The notes beneath the pieces are model-generated. The model saw only the letters and a program-made list of their open reading frames with translations. It made no database searches and was not told the DNA's origin. A stretch of 64,000 bases of DNA from an uncultured Flavobacteriaceae bacterium (GTDB lineage: Bacteria > Bacteroidota > Bacteroidia > Flavobacteriales > Flavobacteriaceae): assembly GCA_949372605.1 (NCBI GenBank), contig CASIAE010000005.1:10009-74008 (forward strand), in the 5' to 3' direction. Shown here in pieces: positions 54,360-64,000 of this stretch. Position numbers and translations under genes: made by a program. Numbering within the stretch: position 1 is the first letter of the stretch; each line of letters begins with the position of its first letter.

Positions 54360-55562
54360 TTCAAGAGCTTTTTTAATTTCGTCATCCATAAGGAGCACAA
54401 TGGGATCCTCCAAAGCTTCTTTTATGGCGATCAAAAATCCAACAGATTCTTTGCCATCAATAATTCTATGGTCATAAGAGAGGGCCAAATACATCATGGG
54501 GCGAATTTCCACCTTACCAGCAATGGCAACAGGACGTTCTATTATATTGTGCATCCCTAAAATCCCTGATTGAGGTGGATTAATAATTGGTGTAGAGAGC
54601 ATGGAGCCAAAAACACCTCCATTGGAAATAGTAAAAGTCCCTCCGGTCATGTCGTCTAAGGTGATTTGTCCGTCTCTGGCTTTGATGGCCAAACGTTTGA
54701 TTTCAGTTTCTATACCACTAAAACTTAATTCTTCTGCATTGCGAACCACGGGCACCATCAAACCTTTAGGACCTGAAACGGCAACGCTGATGTCGCAATA
54801 GTCGTAGCTTATTTTATGATCTCCGTCGATCATAGAGTTGACATCTGGAAATAATTTTAATGCCCTCACTACGGCCTTGGTAAAGAAACTCATAAACCCA
54901 AGGTTTACTCCGTGCCTGTCCGCAAAGGCTTGTTTGTGCACTTTTCTTAAGGCAAAAATGGGTGCCATATCTACCTCATTAAAGGTGGTTAACATTGCAG
55001 TTTCATTTTTTGCAGCAACAAGACGTTCGGCTACTTTTCTTCGGAGCATGGATAGCTTAGAACGTGTTTGTCCACGTTCTCCATAGTTAGGAGCTGTTCC
55101 CATAGAAGGAATGGCTTTTACCGCATCTTCTTTGGTAATTCGTCCCGCACGTCCCGTACCTTGAATGTTACTTGGATCCATTCCTTTTTCTGCCAATATC
55201 TTTCTGGACGCTGGCGAAAGCGTTTGTGTTGCGTAGTTCGCTTCTTGTAAGTGTGTAGTGACTTTATGGGCTTCTAATGCAACAACGATTGCTGCTTCAG
55301 ATTTGATTCCTACTTCAGGTGCTTTCCCTTCAGTATCGATTAAACATACAACTGCACCTACGGCAATGGCATCTCCTTCCTCAGCTTTTAGGGTAATCGT
55401 TCCGCTTACCTCTGCTGGAAGCTCTAAGGTCGCTTTGTCAGAATCTACTTCTGCAATAGCTTGATCTTTGTCTACATAGTCTCCGTCGGCAACTAACCAT
55501 TGAGCAATTTCAACTTCTGTAATCGACTCTCCTGGTGAAGGAACTTTCATTTCTAAAATCAT
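54354..55562 (-). CDS. sucB: 2-oxoglutarate dehydrogenase E2 (dihydrolipoyllysine-residue succinyltransferase)
   Basis: Lipoyl domain ([13 protein letters not shown]), a PSBD, and a catalytic domain with SYDHRIIDG. Confidence 0.9.
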   Translation of the reverse strand: MILEMKVPSPGESITEVEIAQWLVADGDYVDKDQAIAEVDSDKATLELPAEVSGTITLKAEEGDAIAVGAVVCLIDTEGKAPEVGIKSEAAIVVALEAHKVTTHLQEANYATQTLSPASRKILAEKGMDPSNIQGTGRAGRITKEDAVKAIPSMGTAPNYGERGQTRSKLSMLRRKVAERLVAAKNETAMLTTFNEVDMAPIFALRKVHKQAFADRHGVNLGFMSFFTKAVVRALKLFPDVNSMIDGDHKISYDYCDISVAVSGPKGLMVPVVRNAEELSFSGIETEIKRLAIKARDGQITLDDMTGGTFTISNGGVFGSMLSTPIINPPQSGILGMHNIIERPVAIAGKVEIRPMMYLALSYDHRIIDGKESVGFLIAIKEALEDPIVLLMDDEIKKALEL

Positions 55563-55576
55563 AATGATGACTTTTT

Positions 55577-58345
55577 TTATTTTTTATTTTTTCTTAAAAA
55601 ATTATTTTTCGTTGCATCGAATACGTAATCGATAACCGCTTTGTGTCTTTTTCTAAACCGTGTGGCACTTCCTGCAGCTGGGGAGCCGTAAAAGCGTCGG
55701 GTGGCGGGTCGCATAATACTTGCTTCTGAAAAATGCAGCATTAGGTAACCCCAAACTCCCATGTTTCTCGGTTCTTCCTGAGCCCAAACTACCTCATCTA
55801 CGTTTTTATAACGATCCAATTCTGCTCTGATCTCTGTTTCCGGGAGTGGGAAAAGCTGTTCTAATCTCACAATCGCAATATCCATTTGATTTTTTTCTGC
55901 TCGAGCATCTAATAAATCATAATAGAATTTACCAGAACAAAATACTAACTTCTTAGCTATACTTTCAGTTACAGTCGGATCAGAAATTAATTTTTGAAAT
56001 CCTCCTGTGGTAAACTCTTCAACACTTGAAACCGCTTTGGGATGACGCAACAAACTTTTAGGAGTGAAAACGATCAAAGGTTTGCGATAATTCGTTTTCA
56101 TTTGTCTTCTCAACAAGTGAAACATATTGCCCGGAGTAGTACAATTGGCTACAAACATATTGTCCTTTGCGCACAACTGAAGGTATCTTTCAATACGCGC
56201 TGAAGAATGTTCAGCTCCTTGCCCTTCATATCCATGCGGTAATAAAAAAACAATTCCGTTCTGAAGCTTCCATTTGTCTTCAGCCGCAGAAATGTATTGA
56301 TCAATCATGATTTGGGCGCCATTTGAAAAGTCTCCAAATTGTGCTTCCCAAATGGTTAAGGTATTCGGACTTGCCATAGCATATCCATAATCAAACCCAA
56401 CCACACCATATTCTGACAACAAAGAATTATAGACGTGAAATTTCCCTTGTTTTTCAGGGTTAATATGGTTTAAAAGAATCAATTCTTCTTCCGAAGTTTC
56501 GGCTTTAATCACCGCATGTCGGTGAGAAAAAGTTCCGCGTTCAACGTCCTGACCGGACAAGCGGACATTAAAACCTTCTTGAAGGAGGGTTCCATAGGCC
56601 AACAATTCACCCATCGCCCAATCTAATTTTTGAGTCTCGAAATACATTTTGTTTCTGTCGGCGACCAAGCGTTCTATTTTTCTTAAAAACTTTTTATCTT
56701 TAGGTAACTCAGAAATTGTCTTAGCGACTAAATTAAGAAGGTTCTTGTCAACACCGGTTTGAACATGCTTACTCATTCCCAGCTCATCCACTCGATTGAA
56801 CTCATTCCATATGTCTTTCATAAAAGGAATGACCACTGTGGTGTCTTCTTTTCTCGAAACATTGAGGTTTTCTTCTAACCTGTTTTTGTATTCTACTTCT
56901 TGTTTCTTAACGTAATCAGAATCTATGATCCCTTCAACTATTAGTTTTTCGGCATAAATCTCTCGAGGATTTTTATGCGCTGCTATGACCTTATAAAGTT
57001 TTGGCTGAGTAAATCGAGGTTCATCTCCTTCATTGTGACCATACTTTCGATAGCCCAAAAGGTCAATGAATACATCTGCACCAAACTGCATTCGAAAGTC
57101 CAAAGCAAATTTAACGGCGTGAACTACAGCTTCAACGTCGTCTGAATTTACATGAACGATTGGTGAGAGTGTTACTTTTCCAACATCCGTACAATAAGTA
57201 CTCGACCGTGCATCCAAATAATTGGTTGTAAACCCGATCTGATTGTTTACAACGATATGTATTGTTCCTCCAGTACTGTAACCTTTTAAACGTGCCATTT
57301 GGACGATTTCATAAGCCAAGCCCTGTCCCGCAATTGCGGCATCACCATGCACTATAATTGGCAACACTTTGGAAGCGTCTCCGTTGAATTCGTTTTCGAG
57401 TTTTGCGCGTGCAATTCCCTGAACAACAGCACCCACCGTCTCCAAATGAGAAGGGTTGGGAGCAATATTCATATTGATCTGCTTGCCGTTATTCGATTTT
57501 CTTTTAGAAGTCCATCCCATGTGATATTTTACATCACCATCAAATATGACCTCTTCGTAATCTTTTCCGTCAAACTCACTAAAAATATCTTTCGTGGATT
57601 TTCCGAAAATATTGGTTAAGGTGTTTAGGCGGCCTCGGTGGGCCATTCCCATAATAAATTCTTCGACTCCCTGGTCTGCAGCGGCCTCTATCACTGCGTC
57701 TAAGGCAGGAATAAGTGACTCTCCTCCTTCCAGAGAAAATCGTTTTTGTCCGACATATTTTGTGTGCAAGAAATTCTCAAAACTTACAGCCTGATTGAGT
57801 TTATATAGGATGTGTTTTTTCTGATCTACATTAAAAGCAGGATGGTTTTCATTGAGGTGCAATCGCTCCTGAATCCATCGCTTTTTTTCAAGGTTTCTGA
57901 TGTACATATACTCCACTCCGATTGAATCACAATACACCTTTTTAAGATGGGCGATGATCACCCCCAAAGTACTCGGCCCGATCCCAATGATTATTCCCGC
58001 ATTAAATACGGTTGTCAAATCCGCCTGGGTGAGTCCAAAGTTCTCAACATCTAATGTGGGATGGTAAACCCTTCTGTCACGAACAGGATTGGTTTTAGTA
58101 AATAAGTGCCCTCGGGCTCGGTATCCATCAATCAAATTGATTACCTGAAATTCTTTTTTAACACTTTCTGGAATTTCAACCTCAGCTATTTCATCTAAAG
58201 GTGTTCCGCTTTCTACTCCAAAGTCGAATCCCTGAAAAAAAGCTCTCCAACTGGGTTCCACCCTGTCGGGTGCTTCTATATATTGTTCGTATAATTCAGC
58301 AAAATATGTGGTATGTGCTGAATTTAAAAATGAATACTTGTCCAT
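55577..58345 (-). CDS. sucA: 2-oxoglutarate dehydrogenase E1 component
   Basis: 922 aa. ThDP-binding region ([10 protein letters not shown] ... NNQIGFTT) and [17 protein letters not shown]. Confidence 0.95.
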   Translation of the reverse strand: MDKYSFLNSAHTTYFAELYEQYIEAPDRVEPSWRAFFQGFDFGVESGTPLDEIAEVEIPESVKKEFQVINLIDGYRARGHLFTKTNPVRDRRVYHPTLDVENFGLTQADLTTVFNAGIIIGIGPSTLGVIIAHLKKVYCDSIGVEYMYIRNLEKKRWIQERLHLNENHPAFNVDQKKHILYKLNQAVSFENFLHTKYVGQKRFSLEGGESLIPALDAVIEAAADQGVEEFIMGMAHRGRLNTLTNIFGKSTKDIFSEFDGKDYEEVIFDGDVKYHMGWTSKRKSNNGKQINMNIAPNPSHLETVGAVVQGIARAKLENEFNGDASKVLPIIVHGDAAIAGQGLAYEIVQMARLKGYSTGGTIHIVVNNQIGFTTNYLDARSSTYCTDVGKVTLSPIVHVNSDDVEAVVHAVKFALDFRMQFGADVFIDLLGYRKYGHNEGDEPRFTQPKLYKVIAAHKNPREIYAEKLIVEGIIDSDYVKKQEVEYKNRLEENLNVSRKEDTTVVIPFMKDIWNEFNRVDELGMSKHVQTGVDKNLLNLVAKTISELPKDKKFLRKIERLVADRNKMYFETQKLDWAMGELLAYGTLLQEGFNVRLSGQDVERGTFSHRHAVIKAETSEEELILLNHINPEKQGKFHVYNSLLSEYGVVGFDYGYAMASPNTLTIWEAQFGDFSNGAQIMIDQYISAAEDKWKLQNGIVFLLPHGYEGQGAEHSSARIERYLQLCAKDNMFVANCTTPGNMFHLLRRQMKTNYRKPLIVFTPKSLLRHPKAVSSVEEFTTGGFQKLISDPTVTESIAKKLVFCSGKFYYDLLDARAEKNQMDIAIVRLEQLFPLPETEIRAELDRYKNVDEVVWAQEEPRNMGVWGYLMLHFSEASIMRPATRRFYGSPAAGSATRFRKRHKAVIDYVFDATKNNFLRKNKK

Positions 58346-58496
58346 TAAGTTATAATACTTCTTCTCTTAGTTACAAAATTACAATTTTTGTTCAAAGACC
58401 TTTGCCTTTTATTAATAAAACGATGCAATTCTTCTTAAATTTGTATGATTCTTTCTTTTTAGTAAAATAATATTTTCTGTAATCACAATTTCAAAA

Positions 58497-59756
58497 ATGT
58501 TCGCTTTAATTGACTGCAACAATTTTTACGCTTCTTGCGAACGGGTTTTCCAACCTCAATTCGAAAGAAAACCTGTAGTCATTCTTTCCAATAATGATGG
58601 TTGTGTGATTGCGCGAAGCAATGAAGCCAAAGCACTCGGAATTCCGATGGGAGCTCCTGCTTTTAAGTATCACAAAGCTTTTAAAAAAAACAACATCAAA
58701 GTGTTTTCTTCTAACTATCCGCTCTATGGCGACATGAGCAGTCGGGTGATGCACATCCTAGAAGACTACACCCCTAACATTGAAATCTATAGCATTGATG
58801 AAGCCTTTTTAGCGTTTGATGGGTTTGATCATTTCAACCTAAAAGAAATGGGCTTAAAAATGCGAAAGCAGGTGCGCCAATGGACAGGAATCCCTGTTTC
58901 CGTAGGATTTGCTCCTTCCAAAGCATTGTCAAAAATTGCAAATAAAATCGCTAAAAAATTCACAGAAAGAACCAATGGTGTTTACATCATCGACAGTGAA
59001 GAAAAAAGACTAAAAGCACTGAAATGGACACCCATCGCAGACGTCTGGGGAATCGGTCGCCAACATGCAAAACGACTTCAGGTCATGGGAGTGAAAAATG
59101 CTTTGGACTTAACCATGCTTCCTGATGAATGGGTAAAAAAACACATGAGTGTTTTGGGACTCCGCCTAAAAAAAGACCTGCAAGGACTGCCCGCCATACA
59201 ATTGGAAGAAAGTGTTCCAACAAAAAAATCAATTGCTACTACAAGGAGTTTTAAAAACACGCTTACCTCATTGGTTGATCTTGAGGAACGCATCACAACC
59301 TATACCATTTCGTGTGCCGAAAAACTAAGAAAACAGAAAAGTTGTGCCAGCGCACTTTATGTCTTTGTGAAAAGTGATCCAAATAAGGCTGGAGCAACAC
59401 CCTACCGAAATGGCTGCACCCTTACACTACCCAATGCAACAGACTCTAACCTGATCTTGGCACAACATGCCCTCAAGGCTTTAAAAAATATCTACCGATC
59501 AGGAATTGATTATAAAAAGGCTGGAGTAATCGTGTTGGGCCTAACGCCAATGGCAGAACGTCAGATCACTCTTTTTGAGCAGGATACTGCAAGGCACCAT
59601 GACCTAATGAAAGCCCTCGATAAAATTCACCTGCGTTTTGGACCGCACCGCATGAAATTAGCCAATCAGGATTTAAAACAAACATGGAAAATGAGACAGG
59701 AGCATCTCTCGCAACGCTACACCACAGAAATAAAAGAAATCATCCGGGTAAAATAA
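58497..59756 (+). CDS. umuC: Y-family translesion DNA polymerase (UmuC-like)
   Basis: [13 protein letters not shown] and SIDEAFL catalytic motifs. 419 aa. Confidence 0.85.
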   Translation: MFALIDCNNFYASCERVFQPQFERKPVVILSNNDGCVIARSNEAKALGIPMGAPAFKYHKAFKKNNIKVFSSNYPLYGDMSSRVMHILEDYTPNIEIYSIDEAFLAFDGFDHFNLKEMGLKMRKQVRQWTGIPVSVGFAPSKALSKIANKIAKKFTERTNGVYIIDSEEKRLKALKWTPIADVWGIGRQHAKRLQVMGVKNALDLTMLPDEWVKKHMSVLGLRLKKDLQGLPAIQLEESVPTKKSIATTRSFKNTLTSLVDLEERITTYTISCAEKLRKQKSCASALYVFVKSDPNKAGATPYRNGCTLTLPNATDSNLILAQHALKALKNIYRSGIDYKKAGVIVLGLTPMAERQITLFEQDTARHHDLMKALDKIHLRFGPHRMKLANQDLKQTWKMRQEHLSQRYTTEIKEIIRVK

Positions 59757-59760
59757 AATT

Positions 59761-60189
59761 ATGACTAAAAAAATTACTTTTTTTCATCCTGACCAAGATT
59801 CTGGTAAGACTTCCTTACTTGCCAACGAGGGCGTTTCAGCGGGTTTTCCCTCTCCTGCAGATGATTTTAAGGAGTTGCGTATCAGCATTGACAAAGAGGT
59901 CGTTAAAAATGAAACTGCCACTTTTTATGCCCGCGTTTCGGGAGAATCCATGCAAGGTGCAGGATTAGATGATGGCGATCTGCTTGTTATCGATCGAAGT
60001 CTCGAACCTGAAGACAACAAAATTGCCATTTGTTTTATTGATGGTGAATTTACCGTCAAACGGCTAAAAGTTAAAAAAGATTGTGTGTATCTTATGCCTG
60101 AAAATCCTAAATACCAGTCCATTAAGGTCACAGAAGATAATGAATTGATCATTTGGGGCGTGGTAACTTATGTGGTTAAAAAACTGTGA
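59761..60189 (+). CDS. umuD: S24 LexA/UmuD-like autopeptidase
   Basis: AGFPSPA self-cleavage region, and the Ser/Lys dyad context SGESM ... FTVKRL. 4 nt after umuC. Confidence 0.85.
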   Translation: MTKKITFFHPDQDSGKTSLLANEGVSAGFPSPADDFKELRISIDKEVVKNETATFYARVSGESMQGAGLDDGDLLVIDRSLEPEDNKIAICFIDGEFTVKRLKVKKDCVYLMPENPKYQSIKVTEDNELIIWGVVTYVVKKL

Positions 60190-60207
60190 TATTAAATAAT
60201 CGCCCGC

Positions 60208-60557
60208 GTGAAAACTACTGTTTATTTTATCTTGTGCCAATTAAGTCTTTGGCTAGGTTGTTCTAAAAACAACAACACAGAAACTACTCCAAGTTGCATT
60301 ACTGAGAAAATTAATGTGATAAAAAAAGAGAACGTTCGGAATCCGCCGGCAAAAGTTTATCGGTATGAATACCAAGGGAAAAGTGTTTACTTTTTCCCTG
60401 AACATTGTTGTGATTTTTTCAGTGAATTGTGTGATGACAACTGCACCCTGATCTGTGCTCCCGACGGAGGTATTAGCGGAATGGAGAGGGAAAATGTTCA
60501 GATTTTTTTACGGAAAGAACCGCTCCTGAATTAATCTGGGAAGATGATCGAAAGTAG
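60208..60557 (+). pseudogene. Cys-rich lipoprotein (DUF6970-like) with an apparent 1-nt frameshift near 60478-60482
   Basis: Lipobox LWLGCS. The listed ORF ends at 60534 with an implausible tail (MERENVQIFLRKEPLLN). The adjacent frame, open from 60477 to TAG 60555-60557, encodes NGEGKCSDFFTERTAPELIWEDDRK, which reads as a natural continuation after DGGISG. Confidence 0.5.
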
Positions 60558-60578
60558 TTTTGGTTCGGTTTATCTTGA

Positions 60579-61748
60579 CTACAAACGTTCAAAAATTCCA
60601 GCAATTCCTTGTCCTCCACCCACACAGGCAGTAACCATTCCATACTTCTGATCTCTACGCTTCATCTCATTCAACAGCTGAATGCTGAGCTTTGCGCCAG
60701 TACATCCCAGCGGATGTCCCATCGCAATGGCGCCTCCATTGACATTGACCTTTTCTGGGTTTAAACCACTTTGCTGAATGACCGCTAAAGCCTGAGTAGC
60801 AAAAGCTTCGTTGAGTTCTGTCAAATCGATATCTGCGACTTTGAGCCCTGATTGTTGTAATGCTTTTGGAATGGCAACACATGGCCCTATTCCCATATAA
60901 AGTGGATCGACACCACCAACGGCGCAACCTGCCATTCTGGCAATGGGTTCTAGCTCTAGTTGTTTTACTTTTTCTTCGCTCATCACCAAAGTGAAAGCAG
61001 CTCCATCAGAAGTTTGAGAAGAGTTTCCCGCAGTTACGACACCTCCCACTTTAAATGCAGCCCTCAATTTTGCCAATCCTTCCAAAGTAGTTTCGCGGCG
61101 AACTCCTTCATCGATTGCTACGGTATGGGATGCTGTAACTTTTTTACCGTTTTTCACAAAAACCTCTTCAATAGTAATAGGAACAATTTCATCATTAAAT
61201 ATGCCACTATCAATCGCTTTTGCAGCTTTTTGATGTGACGCAACGGAAAAAGCATCGGCAGCTTCCCTGGTAATATTGTATTTGGCTGCAACCGCTTCTG
61301 CAGTTGCTCCCATACTGACATGGTAATTGATGTTGTCTAAGTTGGCTTTGTAACTCGGAGCCAATTTGTAACCGGTCATCGGGAGCAAACTCATGCTTTC
61401 CGTACCCCCAGCGATATAGACATGACCCATGCCTGATTTGATTTTTGCTACCGCCATAGAAATGGCTTCTAATCCAGAGGCACAATAGCGATTGATGGTG
61501 ATGCCAGGAACTTCGATACCCAATGAACGTGCAGCAATCAAACGACCGATTTGCAGTCCTTGCTCCCCTTCGGGATTTGCGCAGCCTACGATCAAATCAT
61601 CTACGGTAGTAGGGTCTAGTTGCGGTACTTGTTCAGCTAAATACTTAACCACATCTACTGCCAAATCATCAGAGCGGTAATTTTTAAATCCCCCTTTCTT
61701 TGCTTTTCCTACTGCAGAGCGGTATCCTTTTATAATATATGCTTCCAT
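60579..61748 (-). CDS. fadA: Acetyl-CoA C-acyltransferase (thiolase)
   Basis: Nucleophile motif NRYCASGLEA, GHPLGCTGA and CVGGGQGIA. Confidence 0.9.
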   Translation of the reverse strand: MEAYIIKGYRSAVGKAKKGGFKNYRSDDLAVDVVKYLAEQVPQLDPTTVDDLIVGCANPEGEQGLQIGRLIAARSLGIEVPGITINRYCASGLEAISMAVAKIKSGMGHVYIAGGTESMSLLPMTGYKLAPSYKANLDNINYHVSMGATAEAVAAKYNITREAADAFSVASHQKAAKAIDSGIFNDEIVPITIEEVFVKNGKKVTASHTVAIDEGVRRETTLEGLAKLRAAFKVGGVVTAGNSSQTSDGAAFTLVMSEEKVKQLELEPIARMAGCAVGGVDPLYMGIGPCVAIPKALQQSGLKVADIDLTELNEAFATQALAVIQQSGLNPEKVNVNGGAIAMGHPLGCTGAKLSIQLLNEMKRRDQKYGMVTACVGGGQGIAGIFERL

Positions 61749-61758
61749 GCTTTTGTTA

Positions 61759-64000
61759 TTAGTTTCTTAGGGGCTTGTTATTCATTAATAAGTATTGAAT
61801 TCGATCTAAAGTTTTTTGGTTCCCCAAAAGACTCATAAATCCTTCTCGCTCGAGATCTAGTAAATATTGCTCACTCACTATTTGAGATCCCGTGAGGTCC
61901 CCTCCACAAAATACTTGTGCAATTTTACGGGCAATCTCAACATCATATTCTGACATGTATCCCGCCAATCTAAACTCGTTAATTGCAGAATAGAGTGTAC
62001 CCAGTCCGGTTCGTCCTAGTACTTCGATGTCTTCTCGAGGAGCAGGAGGAATATAATCCTTAGACAATTCTAACACTTTATCTTTTGCCATTCCAATGTT
62101 TCGCTGGGTGTTATAGCTCACAAAATCTTTGCCTTCTTTTAGATAATGAAGATCAAATGCATTGGGTGCAGAAGTCGCTACTCCGGCGGTTGCAATCGTT
62201 TTAAAATGATCGATTAGCATTGGTATTTGAACATCGCCCTCATAGAAACCGTCGGAAACTCTTAGCGTCATTTCTTTGGTACCTCCTCCTCCGGGTAAAA
62301 GCCCTACGCCAACTTCCACAAGTCCGATGTAGGATTCAGCAGCGTAGATTCCTGCGTCACAATGCATGGCGATTTCACAACCTCCTCCAAAGACATATCC
62401 TTGAGTTGCAACAACTACAGGTATTTTAGACGTTCGGATTTTCATGTTGATCGCCTGAAAATCGGCTACTAACTTTTCTAATGGTTCATATTGCTTTTGC
62501 ATGGCGAGCATTCCCACATTCATGAGGTTGGCTCCAACACTAAATTGTTTTGCATTATTTCCAATGACAATTCCATTCCAATTTTCTTTCTCCGCCAAAT
62601 CAATCGCCTCTGACATTGCTGTTCCAATGCCTTCTCCGATCGAATTACTTTTACTCTGGAATTCTAAACACATCACTCCGTCTCCGATATCATGAATCGT
62701 GCATTCACTGTTTTTGATAACTGGAGTGTTCTGTCGGTAACTGTCTAGGATAATGAAAGCGTCTGATCCAGGAATCGATTTGTAGGATTGTGTCGCATTG
62801 TCAAAATATTTTTTCTTACCCTTTTCGTATTTATAAAAAGTTGAAGCTCCTGCTGCTTTTATTTTTAAAATCCAATCTGGAATTTTTTCACCTGAATCTT
62901 CTACCAACTGAATTCCTTTGTCTAATCCAATTAAATCCCAATATTCAAATGGCCCGTAATCCCAAACATATCCTGCGCGCATGGCATCATCTATTTGATA
63001 GAAATGATCAGAAATCTCAGGGACTCTCTGTGCAGTGTAAGCGAAAATTGTTGTGAAATATTCATTTAAAAATAGACTTTCTTTCTCTGTTCCAGAGATT
63101 AAAAAATCAATTCTTTTGCTCATTAAATCAATCCCTTTTGCTTTTTTGACTAAATCAATTTTAGGCTTAACGCTAGGTTTGTATTCAAGGGTTTTAAGAT
63201 CAAGGGCATTGATTATTGTTCTTCCATTTTTATCTTTCTCTTTTGTTTTTTGATAAAAACCTTTGCCTGTTTTATCTCCTAAAAAATTATTCTCCAACAA
63301 AAAAGTAAAAAACTTAGGAACAGCCACTTTTCCAACTTTTTCAAAGAATGGGTCTCCTTTTACGTTTTCAACCACAAACTTGGTAACCTTATCGCTGGTG
63401 TCGAGTCCGACCAAGTCTTGAAGGCGATAAGTTGCCGTATTGGGTCTTCCTATTATGGTTCCTGTTATGGCGTCTACTTCTTCGATTGATAAATCGTACT
63501 TTTCTGTAATTTCAAAAATCTTAGCACCTGCCATTACCCCAATTCGGTTGGCAATAAATGCAGGAGTGTCTTTACACAAGACGGTTTGTTTTCCTAGGTT
63601 GATATCACCAAATTGCATGAAAAAATCAATCATTTTCTGACTAGATTCCTTTGTAGGGATAATCTCAAGAAGCCTCAGGTAACGCGGAGGGTTAAAGAAG
63701 TGTGTTCCACAGAAATGTTTCTTAAAATCATCCGAACGTCCTTCCGCAAGAAACGCGATCGGAATACTCGAGGTATTGGAGCTTACTAAACTTCCTGGCT
63801 TTCTGAACTTTTCGACTTTCGCAAAGATCATTTTTTTGATGTCGAGACGTTCCACAACCACCTCAATAATCCAATCAGCTTCATTAATATTTTCAAAGTG
63901 ATCTTCAAAATTTCCTATGGAAATCCTGCTTGAATAACTTTTTTTATAAAGCGGTGCGGGTTTGGACTTAATGGATTTATCCAGTGCAGTCTGGGCAATA
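61759..64000 (-). CDS. 3-hydroxyacyl-CoA dehydrogenase / enoyl-CoA hydratase fusion protein (5' end outside window)
   Basis: The reading frame stays open from 63861 to the window edge (...FENINEADWIIEVVVERLDIKK). HAD domain at the N-terminus, and a crotonase domain at the C-terminus (VVATQGYVFGGGCEIAMHCD). 10 nt upstream of the thiolase gene. Confidence 0.9.
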   Translation of the reverse strand, partial: IAQTALDKSIKSKPAPLYKKSYSSRISIGNFEDHFENINEADWIIEVVVERLDIKKMIFAKVEKFRKPGSLVSSNTSSIPIAFLAEGRSDDFKKHFCGTHFFNPPRYLRLLEIIPTKESSQKMIDFFMQFGDINLGKQTVLCKDTPAFIANRIGVMAGAKIFEITEKYDLSIEEVDAITGTIIGRPNTATYRLQDLVGLDTSDKVTKFVVENVKGDPFFEKVGKVAVPKFFTFLLENNFLGDKTGKGFYQKTKEKDKNGRTIINALDLKTLEYKPSVKPKIDLVKKAKGIDLMSKRIDFLISGTEKESLFLNEYFTTIFAYTAQRVPEISDHFYQIDDAMRAGYVWDYGPFEYWDLIGLDKGIQLVEDSGEKIPDWILKIKAAGASTFYKYEKGKKKYFDNATQSYKSIPGSDAFIILDSYRQNTPVIKNSECTIHDIGDGVMCLEFQSKSNSIGEGIGTAMSEAIDLAEKENWNGIVIGNNAKQFSVGANLMNVGMLAMQKQYEPLEKLVADFQAINMKIRTSKIPVVVATQGYVFGGGCEIAMHCDAGIYAAESYIGLVEVGVGLLPGGGGTKEMTLRVSDGFYEGDVQIPMLIDHFKTIATAGVATSAPNAFDLHYLKEGKDFVSYNTQRNIGMAKDKVLELSKDYIPPAPREDIEVLGRTGLGTLYSAINEFRLAGYMSEYDVEIARKIAQVFCGGDLTGSQIVSEQYLLDLEREGFMSLLGNQKTLDRIQYLLMNNKPLRN

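Noticed and set aside
54601-55464. A chain of four plus-strand ORFs inside sucB
   Set aside because: All are antisense to a gene with intact lipoyl, PSBD and catalytic (DHRIIDG) domains, so they are shadow ORFs.
57299-57794. Plus-strand ORFs 57299..57619 and 57594..57794 inside sucA
   Set aside because: They are antisense to the E1 gene, show no motifs and lie in overlapping frames, so they are rejected as artefacts.
60667-61680. Several 60-92-aa ORFs in other frames of the thiolase gene, on both strands
   Set aside because: The thiolase frame carries all three catalytic motifs. The alternative ORFs are Arg/Ser/Cys-rich frame-shifted readings of the same DNA.
1-64000. A search for CRISPR arrays, IS elements or transposases, integrases, phage genes, toxin-antitoxin pairs or known defence-system genes
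   Set aside because: I found no direct-repeat/spacer periodicity, no DDE or tyrosine/serine recombinase motifs, and no nuclease/ATPase defence-like ORFs. The only accessory-looking block is the arsenic island.
1-64000. Sigma-54 promoters (TGGCAC-N5-TTGC), since rpoN is encoded here
   Set aside because: The few TGGCAC occurrences I spotted (for example near 2950, 6685 and 24190) are inside coding regions or lack the TTGC half-site at the right spacing.

Overview
This is an AT-rich chromosomal segment (roughly mid-30s %GC by eye, not computed). Its gene content points to a Flavobacteriia/Bacteroidota genome: a T9SS C-terminal sorting domain, DUF4271-hemD, mevalonate-pathway genes, asnS-rpoN, exbB-exbD-exbD and many GTG/TTG starts. 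I call about 70 densely packed genes plus one tRNA-Ser(GGA). I saw no rRNA, CRISPR array, transposase, integrase or phage genes. Most of the window is housekeeping:
- trpD(partial)-C-F-B-A
- a mevalonate/UbiA block
- an Fe-S carrier/ferredoxin block
- trmB and a two-component pair
- tyrS, pyrC, hemD, leuS, ftsX, uppP, truB
- nadA-B-C, pyrH-frr, asnS, rpoN
- exbB/exbD, tatD, sucA-sucB, umuC/umuD-like genes, and a thiolase plus a partial fadB-like gene

The one clearly accessory block lies at about 4.6-10.9 kb. It is a divergent arsenosugar-type organoarsenical biosynthesis island: arsS and an AhpD-like CxxC protein on one strand, and DUF2064, a PNP-like phosphorylase, arsM, DUF547 and a GT2 on the other. 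It is followed by a MerF-like di-cysteine membrane protein and a GT2/GT2/membrane-glycosyltransferase cluster. The most interesting single gene is the embedded PNP-family phosphorylase. It carries Asp where 6-oxopurine PNPs carry Asn, which is the MTAP/adenine-type determinant. That makes it a candidate for the unassigned adenine-removal step after ArsS.

Other points worth a second look:
- a pseudouridine-synthase homolog lacking the catalytic Asp, in an operon with UbiA and mevalonate genes
- two apparent 1-nt frameshifts (13.49 kb and 60.48 kb)
- an almost cargo-less T9SS substrate
- a TAATG-coupled leuS-SemiSWEET pair
- an unusually long ORF-poor convergent spacer (18.7-19.2 kb)
- an 11-bp perfect inverted repeat upstream of tyrS

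All family assignments come from motif recognition by eye. No database search was run.
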